Assembly: GCA_020629375.1 (NCBI GenBank)
Contig: JAHDDK010000001.1
Coordinates: 118,129 to 182,128, forward strand
Direction: 5' to 3'
Source: Acidimicrobiales bacterium
Lineage (GTDB): Bacteria; Actinomycetota; Acidimicrobiia; Acidimicrobiales; SHLQ01
Length of the DNA: 64,000 bases
Made by a program: the position numbers and the translations under genes. Numbering within the stretch: position 1 is the first letter of the stretch; each line of letters opens with the position of its first letter. Below the pieces are notes generated by a model. The model was not told the DNA's origin and did not search any database. It was given only the letters and a program-made list of their open reading frames with translations. This document shows, in pieces, positions 9,177 through 17,831 of the stretch.

Positions 9177-10394
9177 TCAGGCGGTCACGTGCGCGTACCA
9201 CGACTCCATCGCTGTGCGCGCCGACTCGACACCGTACCGAGTGCGAGCGTGGACGACTGCCTCGTCGAGGATTGGCTCGAGCTTGCCGTCGAGGACATCG
9301 AGGATGGCCTCGGCGAGGGCCTTTGCAGGCGTCGCCGCCGTCGTTGGATCGGCGAGAGCGGACATGCCTGCGGTCACGTCGCGGACGGCACCGGTATCGA
9401 ACGCGGCGATCGGCACTCTCGACGCCTGGGCCATCGGCAGAAGCGTCGACCCCGAATCCCGGCGACTCGGAAAGACGAAGACGTCGGCGTTGACTAATTC
9501 TGTGCGTTCTTCGGTGCGGCTGAGCGTGGGGGCGAAGGTGACGGAGTCGCCGAGCTCGAGGGTGGCGACCTGCTCACGGAGGTCGTCGTGGCGTGGTCCC
9601 TTTCCGATCACGGTCAGCTGCACGTCGGGATGTCTGGCGATCACGTGCGGCATCGCAGCGATCGCAAGGTCGTGGCCCTTCCAATGCAGCTGGCGACCCG
9701 TGATCACCAAGTGGGGACCGCCCGGGCGGTCTTGGCGCGGGAGTTCGTCGAGATCCGACAACAGCTCCGGGGTGAGCGAGAAGGCCGTCCGGAAGACCTC
9801 AACCGATTCGGCTCCCGCCTCGCGCATCCGTTTCGCCGTCTGTTCGGTAGCGGCGACCATCAGCGTCGTCGGGCTCGACGCCATGCGCTTCCAGGCACGG
9901 CTCGACATCCCTCGGTCCTGCATCATCGACCGCAAGCGCTCTTTGAACTTCGCCCGCTTCGACGACCCAGCCGTCAGCGCGACCGGTTCGATCTCGCCAC
10001 CCGACACCGGGCCAAAGACGTGAGGTACCCCCGCGTCGGCGAACGGCACCGGCATCCAGAACGCCGAGAAGGTGACGTAGTGGGTGAGGTCGACTCGGCC
10101 CGATTCGATCAGCGGATTCGCCTTGCGTCGGGCCACACGCAACCAGATCAGGTTGTGGATGGCATCGCCGAGGCTTGTGCCGGTCTCGATGGGGCCAAGC
10201 TTCTCGGGCACATCGATCCAGTGCCACTCGACGTTGTCGATCGACGGTGCGGCCTCGATCGCCGACCGGTTGCTCGCCTTGGTGAACGCAATGACGTGAT
10301 GCTGCTGCGCGGCGTTACACACGGCCTGCCAGCCGATGCCGGGGTCAGAACCGGCGTCGGGCAGGCAGTCATAAGCCAGCATGAGTACGTTCAC
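9177..10394 (-). CDS. glycosyltransferase (GT4/GT-B fold)
   Basis: Start at the GTG at 10394 (VNVLMLAYDCLPDAGSDPGIGW). The C-terminal half carries the FVFPSRRDSGSTLLPMAQASRVPIAAFDTG block, an EX7E-like region. Confidence 0.8.
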   Translation of the reverse strand: MNVLMLAYDCLPDAGSDPGIGWQAVCNAAQQHHVIAFTKASNRSAIEAAPSIDNVEWHWIDVPEKLGPIETGTSLGDAIHNLIWLRVARRKANPLIESGRVDLTHYVTFSAFWMPVPFADAGVPHVFGPVSGGEIEPVALTAGSSKRAKFKERLRSMMQDRGMSSRAWKRMASSPTTLMVAATEQTAKRMREAGAESVEVFRTAFSLTPELLSDLDELPRQDRPGGPHLVITGRQLHWKGHDLAIAAMPHVIARHPDVQLTVIGKGPRHDDLREQVATLELGDSVTFAPTLSRTEERTELVNADVFVFPSRRDSGSTLLPMAQASRVPIAAFDTGAVRDVTAGMSALADPTTAATPAKALAEAILDVLDGKLEPILDEAVVHARTRYGVESARTAMESWYAHVTA

Positions 10395-10508
10395 TGTGTC
10401 ACCAAACGATTGATCTTCCGCCCGTGTCCATCGGCTGCGACACGCCCCTCTTGACACGATCGTACGGCGCCACCGGCCAATCGGTCGGACTGCTGTGGTG
10501 CGGCGGCC

Positions 10509-13211
10509 TCAGTGCGTGTGCGCGGGATCAGACGCGTTGGCGTCGAGCCCGTAGCGGGCGATCGCGTGGCCAACCACACTTCGGTCGATCCTTCCTTCGT
10601 CGGCCAACGCCGACAGCACCGCCACGATCGTGTGTTCGGCGTCGATCTCGAAGAACGAACGCAACGCCTCACGCGTGTCCGAACGGCCGTATCCGTCGGT
10701 GCCGAGCGCCACGTAGCGACCGGGAACCCAGCGAGCGATCTGATCGGGGACCGTCTTCATGTAGTCCGAGACGGCAACGATCGGGCCGCCGACTCCCGCG
10801 AGTTTGCGAGTCACGTCCGGGTAGATCGGTTCGCCCTCCGACCGGAGTCGGTTGGCGCGTTCGCATGCCAGAGCGTTCTCGCGAAGTCGTTTGTATGACG
10901 TCGCGCTCCACAGTTCCACTCCGACGTCGAAGTGCTCGGCCAGTTCGGCCTGGGCGCGGTGTGCGGCGCCCTGCGTCGGCCCAGAGAACACGATCGCGGC
11001 GCGATGACTGCGATCGGGTGCATCGGCGTACTGGTAGAGGCCCGACAAGATGTCGTCGTCCGAGACGTGGTCCGGACGTGCAGGCATCTCGTAGTTCTCG
11101 TTGTAGATCGTCAAGTAGTAGAACACGTCTTCGCCGGCTTCGGCGCCCGGCCCATACATCCGGCGCAGTCCGTCCTTGATGATCGTGCCGAGCTCGTAGG
11201 CGTATGCCGGGTCGTACGCTTCGCACGACGGCACCGTCGATGCCAGCAGCGGGCTGTGGCCGTCCTGGTGTTGAAGGCCCTCGCCCATCAACGTCGTGCG
11301 GCCGGCGGTGGCCCCCATCAAGAACCCGCGGGTCCGAGAGTCGGCTGCCGACCAGATGAGGTCGCCGACACGTTGGAACCCGAACATCGAGTAGAAGGTG
11401 AAGAACGGGACCATCGGCACCCCGTAGTTCGCATAGCTGGTGCCCGCGGCGATGAAGCTCGACATAGCGCCGGCTTCGGTGATGCCCTCTTCGAGGATCT
11501 GTCCGTCGGTGTCCTCGGAGTACGACAGCAACAACTCGTGGTCGACCGGCTCGTACAACTGGCCCTTCGGGGCGTAGATCTCGAACTCGCGGAACATCGA
11601 GTCCATACCGAAGGTCCGCGCTTCGTCGGGAATGATCGGCACGACACGATGACCGAACTTCTGATCGCGCATCATGTTTCGCAACGTCGCGGTGAAGACC
11701 ATCGTCGTCGAGACCTCACGCCCGCCCGACCCCTTGTCGAGGTCATCGAAGATCGATTCGGCCGGAAGTTCGAGCGGTCGGCGCGTCCGGACGACCCGCT
11801 TGGGGAGCGGACCGTCGAGCTGGCGGCGACGCTCGAGCAGGTACTGCATTTCGGCGGAGTCGGGGGCCGGCTTGAAGTACGGCGGTACGCCGTCCTCGAG
11901 CGAGGCCTCCGGGATCTCATCCTGGAGATGCAGACGCTCACGCATCTCCATCATCTGGTCCTTGTTCATCTTCTTCAGCTGGTGCGTCGAGTTGCGCGCC
12001 TCGAAGCCCTGGCCGAGGGTCCAGCCCTTGATCGTCTTCGCCAAGATGACCGTCGGGCGATCGGTCTCCTGAATTGCGGCGTGGTACGCCGCATACAACT
12101 TCTGATAGTCGTGGCCGCCGCGAGGAAGGTTGCGGAGGTCGTCGTCGGACAGATGCTCCACGAGTTTGCGAAGCCTCGGGTCAGGTCCGAAGAAGTCCTC
12201 GCGGATGTACGCGCCATCCTCGACGGCGTACCGCTGGAACGCGCCGTCGACGGTCGTGTTCATCTTGTTGAGCAAGACGCCATCGACGTCACGCTGCAAC
12301 AGCTCGTCCCATCGGCCGCCCCATACGACCTTGATCACGTTCCAGCCGGCGCCACGGAACACGCCTTCGAGCTCTTGGATGACCTTTGAGTTTCCGCGAA
12401 CCGGACCGTCCAGACGCTGGAGGTTGCAGTTGACGACCCAGATGAGATTGCCGAGGCCCGAGCGGCCGGCGAGCGAGATGGCGCCCAAGCTCTCGGGCTC
12501 GTCGGTTTCGCCGTCGCCGAGAAAGCACCAGACCTTGCCGTCTGACGCGTCGTCGATGCGGCGTTGGGTGAGGTAACGAGCGAAACGGGCGTGGTAGATC
12601 GAGTTGATCGGGCCGAGGCCCATCGACACGGTCGGGAACTCCCAGAAGTCCGGCATGAGCCGCGGGTGCGGGTACGAACTCAGACCCTTGCCGCCGATCT
12701 CCATGCGAAAGTTGTCGAGGTTCTCCTCGGTCAGTCGGCCTTCGAGATAGGCGCGGGCGTAGATGCCCGGCGCCGCATGGCCCTGCATGTAGATGTGGTC
12801 ACCCGAAAGGCCATCGTCCTTGCCACGCCAGAAGTGGTTGAAGCCCACGTCGTAGAGCGACGCCGAGCTGGCGAACGAGGACAGGTGTCCACCGATCCCG
12901 TCGGCGAACTTGTTTGCCCGAACGACCATCGCTGCGGCGTTCCACCGGATGAAGGCTCGGATGCGCCGCTCGATGTGTTCGTCTCCCGGGAAGAACGGTT
13001 GCTCCTCGGTCGGGATCGTGTTCACGTACGGAGTCCACACCGACGGCGGCGTACCGATCTGAATCTCCTGGCTGCGGGCGAGCAGCTTCGACATCAGATA
13101 TCGGGCTCGCTGCTTTCCGGCGCTACCGACCACGGCATCGAGCGAGTCCAACCACTCCTGCGTCTCGTCGGGATCGATGTCGGGCAGTTGCTGACTGAAC
13201 GTCTCGCTCAT
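10509..13211 (-). CDS. aceE: pyruvate dehydrogenase E1 component, homodimeric type
   Basis: Start at the ATG at 13211 (MSETFSQQLPDIDPDETQEWLDSLDAVV). 900 aa, colinear with AceE. The upstream 130 codons of the track ORF are discarded. Confidence 0.95.
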   Translation of the reverse strand: MSETFSQQLPDIDPDETQEWLDSLDAVVGSAGKQRARYLMSKLLARSQEIQIGTPPSVWTPYVNTIPTEEQPFFPGDEHIERRIRAFIRWNAAAMVVRANKFADGIGGHLSSFASSASLYDVGFNHFWRGKDDGLSGDHIYMQGHAAPGIYARAYLEGRLTEENLDNFRMEIGGKGLSSYPHPRLMPDFWEFPTVSMGLGPINSIYHARFARYLTQRRIDDASDGKVWCFLGDGETDEPESLGAISLAGRSGLGNLIWVVNCNLQRLDGPVRGNSKVIQELEGVFRGAGWNVIKVVWGGRWDELLQRDVDGVLLNKMNTTVDGAFQRYAVEDGAYIREDFFGPDPRLRKLVEHLSDDDLRNLPRGGHDYQKLYAAYHAAIQETDRPTVILAKTIKGWTLGQGFEARNSTHQLKKMNKDQMMEMRERLHLQDEIPEASLEDGVPPYFKPAPDSAEMQYLLERRRQLDGPLPKRVVRTRRPLELPAESIFDDLDKGSGGREVSTTMVFTATLRNMMRDQKFGHRVVPIIPDEARTFGMDSMFREFEIYAPKGQLYEPVDHELLLSYSEDTDGQILEEGITEAGAMSSFIAAGTSYANYGVPMVPFFTFYSMFGFQRVGDLIWSAADSRTRGFLMGATAGRTTLMGEGLQHQDGHSPLLASTVPSCEAYDPAYAYELGTIIKDGLRRMYGPGAEAGEDVFYYLTIYNENYEMPARPDHVSDDDILSGLYQYADAPDRSHRAAIVFSGPTQGAAHRAQAELAEHFDVGVELWSATSYKRLRENALACERANRLRSEGEPIYPDVTRKLAGVGGPIVAVSDYMKTVPDQIARWVPGRYVALGTDGYGRSDTREALRSFFEIDAEHTIVAVLSALADEGRIDRSVVGHAIARYGLDANASDPAHTH

Positions 13212-13317
13212 ATGTCTGCCAGTCTCGCAAGCAAGTCGGCCGAACAGAAACTTTTGCCGATGTTTTGATCTGTCGATTCGATGAACGGTCGACGACCCGA
13301 CAAGCCATGATGGTCGC

Positions 13318-13863
13318 GTGACCTTGTTCGACCCGCACCCCGAACCCACCCCGAACGCCGCTCTGGACCCCACGGATCCCTTCACCGATCCCGCCGGGCT
13401 CACCGTGCCTGCCGGCGCCGGACGTCGTGAGGTGTACACCGACGGCGCCTGTTCGGGGAACCCCGGTCCCGGCGGATGGGGTTGGGTGATGCCCGATGGC
13501 CCGTGGGCCTCCGGAGCCGAGAATCCGTCAACCAACCAGAGAATGGAAGTTGCGGCAGTCCTCCATGCTGTCCGCCACATCGAGGGCCCGATCGAGATCA
13601 TCAGCGACTCGACCTACGTGGTGAACTGCTTCCGCGACCGATGGTGGGCCGGCTGGGAGAAGCGCGGCTGGCGCAACAGCCAGAAGAAGGACGTCGCCAA
13701 TCAAGACCTCTGGAAGCCGCTCGTCGCCCTCTACAAGGAGCGGGACGTCACGTTCCGCTGGGTGAAGGGCCACGCCGGCAATCACTACAACGACGAAGCC
13801 GATCGTCTGGCCGTCCAGGCCGCCCGCGGCGACGGATCCGACGCGGCGGTCATGGGCCTGTAA
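13318..13863 (+). CDS. rnhA: ribonuclease HI
   Basis: VYTDGACSGNPGPGGWG, TNQRMEV, SDSTYV, WVKGHAGNHYNDEADRLA. Confidence 0.9.
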   Translation: MTLFDPHPEPTPNAALDPTDPFTDPAGLTVPAGAGRREVYTDGACSGNPGPGGWGWVMPDGPWASGAENPSTNQRMEVAAVLHAVRHIEGPIEIISDSTYVVNCFRDRWWAGWEKRGWRNSQKKDVANQDLWKPLVALYKERDVTFRWVKGHAGNHYNDEADRLAVQAARGDGSDAAVMGL

Positions 13864-13867
13864 GAAC

Positions 13868-13927
13868 GGGGTCTGACCCCAGGATTACCTGGTCCTGTAA
13901 GGACAGGGTCTGACCCCAGGATTACTC
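13868..13927. repeat. two direct copies of a 20-nt unit, each containing the palindrome GGGTCTGACCC
   Basis: gggtctgaccccaggattac occurs at 13869-13888 and 13906-13925 (37-nt spacing) in the 58-nt gap between convergent rnhA and the DUF427 gene. The second copy overlaps the DUF427 stop codon. Confidence 0.8.
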
Positions 13928-14203
13928 GACCGTGACGGCGGGATAGAAGGCGACCCGGTCGGCGACGTCCTCGGCGCCCTCCATTGGTTCGGGGTACCAC
14001 CATGCCGCGTTCTCGGCGACCTCTCCGTCGACCTCGATCGTCATGTACGACGCCGTGCCCTTCCAGAAGCACGACGTGTGGTGATCAGTGTCGGTCACGA
14101 CACTCCGATCAAGCGAGGCGAGTGGGAAGTAGTGGTTGCCCTCGACGAACGTCGTGTCGTCGGACTGGGCGATGATCTTTCCGTTGAACGTGGCAGTCGG
14201 CAT
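13922..14203 (-). CDS. DUF427 domain protein
   Basis: 93 aa with the CFWKGTASY core typical of DUF427. Confidence 0.8.
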   Translation of the reverse strand: MPTATFNGKIIAQSDDTTFVEGNHYFPLASLDRSVVTDTDHHTSCFWKGTASYMTIEVDGEVAENAAWWYPEPMEGAEDVADRVAFYPAVTVE

Positions 14204-14232
14204 GGCGTGTGCAACCTCTCAGCGTCGATGAT

Positions 14233-14739
14233 TCATTCCGACTCGACCAGATCGGCCAGTCGTTCGAGTGTCTTGTGCAGCCCGGGCAAATGGCGCTCGG
14301 GGTAGCCGACCGCCTCGATCGCCTTCGGCACCAACGCCGTCGACCAATCGAAGGTCTCCGTTACGAACGTGCCGCCATCGGCAGGCTCGAGCTCGTACCT
14401 CCACCGATGACGACCCATGTGGCGCCAGGCGATCTGCGACGGCTCGTCGAACTCCACCACCGTGTTCCCGATCCGATACGGCAGCAGGGCGATCTTCATC
14501 GTCATCCCGAACGTCGAGCCCATCTCGAGGCGCTCGGATTCGCCGACGCTGCCCGTGACCATCCCCGAGCCGTCGATCACCGCATGCTGAGCCGGATCCG
14601 CCAACACGTCGAAAATCGCCTGCGGATCGGCGTCGATCCACCTTGTCGCCCACGTCTTACGGGCTTCTTTGTCGACCGCCCCATCGATCCGACGATCCAC
14701 GCTCACAGAACCGCCTCTCGTGCGTTGTTGTCGCTGCAC
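14233..14739 (-). CDS. SRPBCC (START/polyketide-cyclase-like) family protein
   Basis: About 160 aa with SRPBCC-like layout (IDADPQAIFDVLADP...WRYELEP..GGT.VTETFDW). Alternative GTG start at 14706 with a better SD. Confidence 0.7.
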   Translation of the reverse strand: MQRQQRTRGGSVSVDRRIDGAVDKEARKTWATRWIDADPQAIFDVLADPAQHAVIDGSGMVTGSVGESERLEMGSTFGMTMKIALLPYRIGNTVVEFDEPSQIAWRHMGRHRWRYELEPADGGTFVTETFDWSTALVPKAIEAVGYPERHLPGLHKTLERLADLVESE

Positions 14740-14749
14740 CTCCGGCGGT

Positions 14750-15634
14750 TCACAGAACCGCCTCGAGTGCAGAGTCGATGGTGGGGTGCTCGAACTCGAA
14801 GCCGCTGTCGACGAGCACCGACGGCATCACCTTCGTGCTCGCCAGAATCGAATCTGCCAACTCCTTGCCCAACCGCAACGCGACGGCGAACGGCGGCGTC
14901 GTCAAGAACGTTGGACGGCCAAGCGCGGCGCCCAACGCCTTCGCGAACTCGGCATTCGTCACCGGGTTCGGCGCCGTCAGGTTGACCGGGCCCGAAATGT
15001 CGCTCTCGATCACATGCAGGATCGCCCGGACCTCATCGTCGATCGAGATCCACGGCCACCACGCCTTGCCGTCACCGATCTTCCCACCGATGCCCAACTT
15101 GAAGAACGGCAATTGCTCGGCGAGCGCACCACCGTCTTTCGACAACACGATGCCCGTCCGAATGAAGGCCGTGCGGATCCCGGCGTCGACTGCGGGCGCC
15201 GCCGCCTCCTCCCACGCCACCACGACGTCGGACAAGAACCCCTCGCCGCGTTCGCTTTGCTCGGTCAACGACTCCGATCCGCGCTCGCCATAGATGCCGA
15301 TCGCCGACCCCGAGACGAACACGTCGGGCTTGTCGTCGAGGCCAGCGAGCGCCTCGGCGAGCAGCGCGGTGCCCTCGGTTCGGCTCGACATGATCTCGGC
15401 TTTCTGCTCGTCGGTCCACCGCTTGTCCGCAACACCCTCGCCAGCAAGATGCACGACCGCGTCGATGCCTTCGAATCCCGCGGCATCGATGGACCTGGCA
15501 TCGGGATCCCAGGAGATCTCGCCCTCCTTCGCCTGCCGCCGAACGACGGGTACCGGGGTGTCACCCCGTTCGCGAAGAGCCGCCTGAAGGGCGGTTCCGA
15601 TCAGACCTGATGAGCCGGTGATTGCCACTCGCAT
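14750..15634 (-). CDS. TIGR01777/YfcH-type epimerase-family SDR (DUF1731 C-terminus)
   Basis: Start at the ATG at 15634 (MRVAITGSSGLIGTAL). Blocks AVVHLAGE, RWT...K..I..SR and PWISIDD. Confidence 0.85.
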   Translation of the reverse strand: MRVAITGSSGLIGTALQAALRERGDTPVPVVRRQAKEGEISWDPDARSIDAAGFEGIDAVVHLAGEGVADKRWTDEQKAEIMSSRTEGTALLAEALAGLDDKPDVFVSGSAIGIYGERGSESLTEQSERGEGFLSDVVVAWEEAAAPAVDAGIRTAFIRTGIVLSKDGGALAEQLPFFKLGIGGKIGDGKAWWPWISIDDEVRAILHVIESDISGPVNLTAPNPVTNAEFAKALGAALGRPTFLTTPPFAVALRLGKELADSILASTKVMPSVLVDSGFEFEHPTIDSALEAVL

Positions 15635-15694
15635 GACTCGCAACGTACCGAGCGGCGGTGTGTGGCGACGGCCGCAACCGGCACCGGTCGACGA

Positions 15695-16993
15695 TCAGAG
15701 TTTGTCGACCCGATCTCCCGCAACGACATCTCGGCAGTCCAACACGTACCGGGCATGGCGCTCGATGAGATTCAGATCGATGTCATCGTGATCGACGAGC
15801 ACGATCACGGCCTCGGCTTCCTCGAGGGCATCGACCGTGAGATCGATCTCGACACTTCCCTCCGGCAGACGTTCTGCGGCGACATGGGTGTCGACCACTC
15901 GAACATTAGCCCCGAGGTCGATGAGCCGAGCCGCAACATCGACGGCTGGTGACTCCCGTGCGTCGCCGGTGTTCGGCTTGTAGGCCATACCGACGAGCAC
16001 CACGTCGGCCCCGTCGATCGCCGGACTGTTCGGTCCCCGAGCTGCGAGACCGGCCTCGAGACGACGGATCACATAATCCGGCATGTGCGAGTTGATGTCG
16101 TTCGCCAGTTCGACGAAACGAAAGGTCTTGCCGAGACGGTTCTCGACCGCCCAGGACAGGTAGCTCGGATCGACCGGAAGGCAATGTCCACCAACACCCG
16201 GACCCGGCGTGAACTTCATGAAGCCGAACGGCTTCGTCGCCGCAGCGTCGACGACTTCCCAGATGTCGACTCCGAGATCGTGCGCGAACATTGCGAGTTC
16301 GTTCACGAGCGCGATGTTGACGTGCCGGAACGTGTTCTCCAGCAGCTTCGTCATCTCCGCCTCACGGGTCGAACGGACGGGGACGGTCGTCTCGACACAG
16401 TGGTCGTAGAACCAACGGACAGCGTCGAGCGAGCGTACGTCGACACCAGACACGATCTTCGGCGTGTTGACCAGACCCCACCTGGCATTGCCCGGGTCGA
16501 TCCGTTCGGGCGAGTAGCCCAGCTGAAAGTCGACGCCCGGACGCAGACCGGTCGCATGTTCGAGCCGAGGCCCGACGAGCTCGTCGGTCGTTCCTGGATA
16601 CGTCGTCGACTCGAGGATGACGGTGGCGCCGATCCGGAGATGCGGAGCGAGTGCGTCGGTGGCGGACTCGATGAATCGGAGGTCCGGCTCTCCGTCACGA
16701 AGCGGGGTCGGTACGGAGATGATGGCGACGTCGAAGCCGCGCAAGTCGTTCGTGTCGCGCGACGGTCGGTACAGCCCCGAAGCCAGATGTGCCTTGAGCA
16801 CGGCGTCATCGATGTCTTCGACGTGCGATCGCCCCGCCCGGAGGGCCCGGATGATTCGCTCGTCGACATCGAAACCCACAACATCGAAACCCACTTCGGC
16901 AGCCCGCATCGACAGCGGCAAGCCGACATATCCCTGTCCCATCACGACGACCGAGCAGCCGTGTGGCCAGTCCTTCCAAGGCGTCCAGCTCAT
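15695..16993 (-). CDS. nucleotide-sugar dehydrogenase (UDP-ManNAc/UDP-Glc dehydrogenase family)
   Basis: VVVMGQGYVGLP Rossmann motif, ISVPTP, GYSPERIDPGN and a GGHCLPVDP catalytic Cys block. Start at the ATG at 16993 preferred over 17032 because codons between them have low GC3. Confidence 0.9.
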   Translation of the reverse strand: MSWTPWKDWPHGCSVVVMGQGYVGLPLSMRAAEVGFDVVGFDVDERIIRALRAGRSHVEDIDDAVLKAHLASGLYRPSRDTNDLRGFDVAIISVPTPLRDGEPDLRFIESATDALAPHLRIGATVILESTTYPGTTDELVGPRLEHATGLRPGVDFQLGYSPERIDPGNARWGLVNTPKIVSGVDVRSLDAVRWFYDHCVETTVPVRSTREAEMTKLLENTFRHVNIALVNELAMFAHDLGVDIWEVVDAAATKPFGFMKFTPGPGVGGHCLPVDPSYLSWAVENRLGKTFRFVELANDINSHMPDYVIRRLEAGLAARGPNSPAIDGADVVLVGMAYKPNTGDARESPAVDVAARLIDLGANVRVVDTHVAAERLPEGSVEIDLTVDALEEAEAVIVLVDHDDIDLNLIERHARYVLDCRDVVAGDRVDKL

Positions 16994-17091
16994 GGTTGGA
17001 CGATCGGCAGGGAATCCGCAAACGTGAGCCATTCGAACCAGATCAGTCGACCTATCGCCCGCCTCGGCCCTCTGTCAATTGAGGGGGCCGA

Positions 17092-17754
17092 TCAGCGATG
17101 CGCCGGTTCGTGGCGGCGCCGGCCGGCAGCGAGGAAGATCACACCAACCGCAAGCAACAGCCCGGCGAACGAGACGAGACGGCTCGGGTCGCCTCCGGTC
17201 AGTGGCAACTGGTCAGGTGGGAGCGGATTGATGACCTCTGCGTCCGGGTCGGGATTCGTGTTGACCATGCCGTTGTCGCCGATCTCGATCAAGACCCGCA
17301 TGTCGACCGACCCGCATCGCGCCCGGACCTCGTAGACACCAGGCGGCAGATCGGGGAGCACAACACTCGGAAACTCGAACGTCCCATCGATCAACGGGTC
17401 GTCCGACGAGACCGCGGTGGTCACGGCAAGGATGCGACCGGGCACCGATTGGGAGGCGACCGGATCGTTCGGCGTCGGATCGATGCCGGGCATGTACAAC
17501 ACGACCTCGTCGCCGCCTGCGCAGCCGAGGCCGTCGAAGTCGGCGACACCCGGCTCGTCGGACGGGGTCACAAAGAGACCGCTCAGTCCGCCGTACTGTG
17601 CCGCAGCTGAGCCCGTCGGCCCGACGAGCGTCATGGCCGCCACGACGAGCGAAACGACGAGTTGCCTCGGTCGGCGAAAGCGTCCGCGGGTAACGGATGC
17701 CAACACTGTCAGCTCGGGGCCCAGCCGACGCGCGCGGGAAAGCACGTTCGTCAT
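17092..17754 (-). CDS. LPXTG-anchored surface protein (sortase substrate)
   Basis: Start at the ATG at 17754 (GGGAG upstream) with signal peptide ...VGPTGSAAAQ. C-terminus is LPLTGG plus hydrophobic helix LVSFAGLLLAVGVIFLAA plus RRRH. Confidence 0.8.
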   Translation of the reverse strand: MTNVLSRARRLGPELTVLASVTRGRFRRPRQLVVSLVVAAMTLVGPTGSAAAQYGGLSGLFVTPSDEPGVADFDGLGCAGGDEVVLYMPGIDPTPNDPVASQSVPGRILAVTTAVSSDDPLIDGTFEFPSVVLPDLPPGVYEVRARCGSVDMRVLIEIGDNGMVNTNPDPDAEVINPLPPDQLPLTGGDPSRLVSFAGLLLAVGVIFLAAGRRRHEPAHR

Positions 17755-17831
17755 GAGGACTCCCGTCGGCGTGGCTGCGTACGCCTTGAGGGCCGAACGG
17801 CCTAACAGCGCTCGACGAGCCGATCGTCCGG

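Noticed and set aside
13212-13317. Divergent aceE/rnhA intergenic region as a PdhR-type operator site
   Set aside because: It contains short AT-richer stretches (ttttgccgatgttttgatctgtcgattcgatg) but no convincing palindrome that I could match to a known operator.
14703-14764. 15-nt direct repeat tcacagaaccgcctc (14703-14717 and 14750-14764) around the SRPBCC gene start
   Set aside because: It is short. One copy encodes the C-terminus and stop of the SDR gene and the other lies in the SRPBCC 5' region. It is probably a small local duplication or chance, with no further structure.
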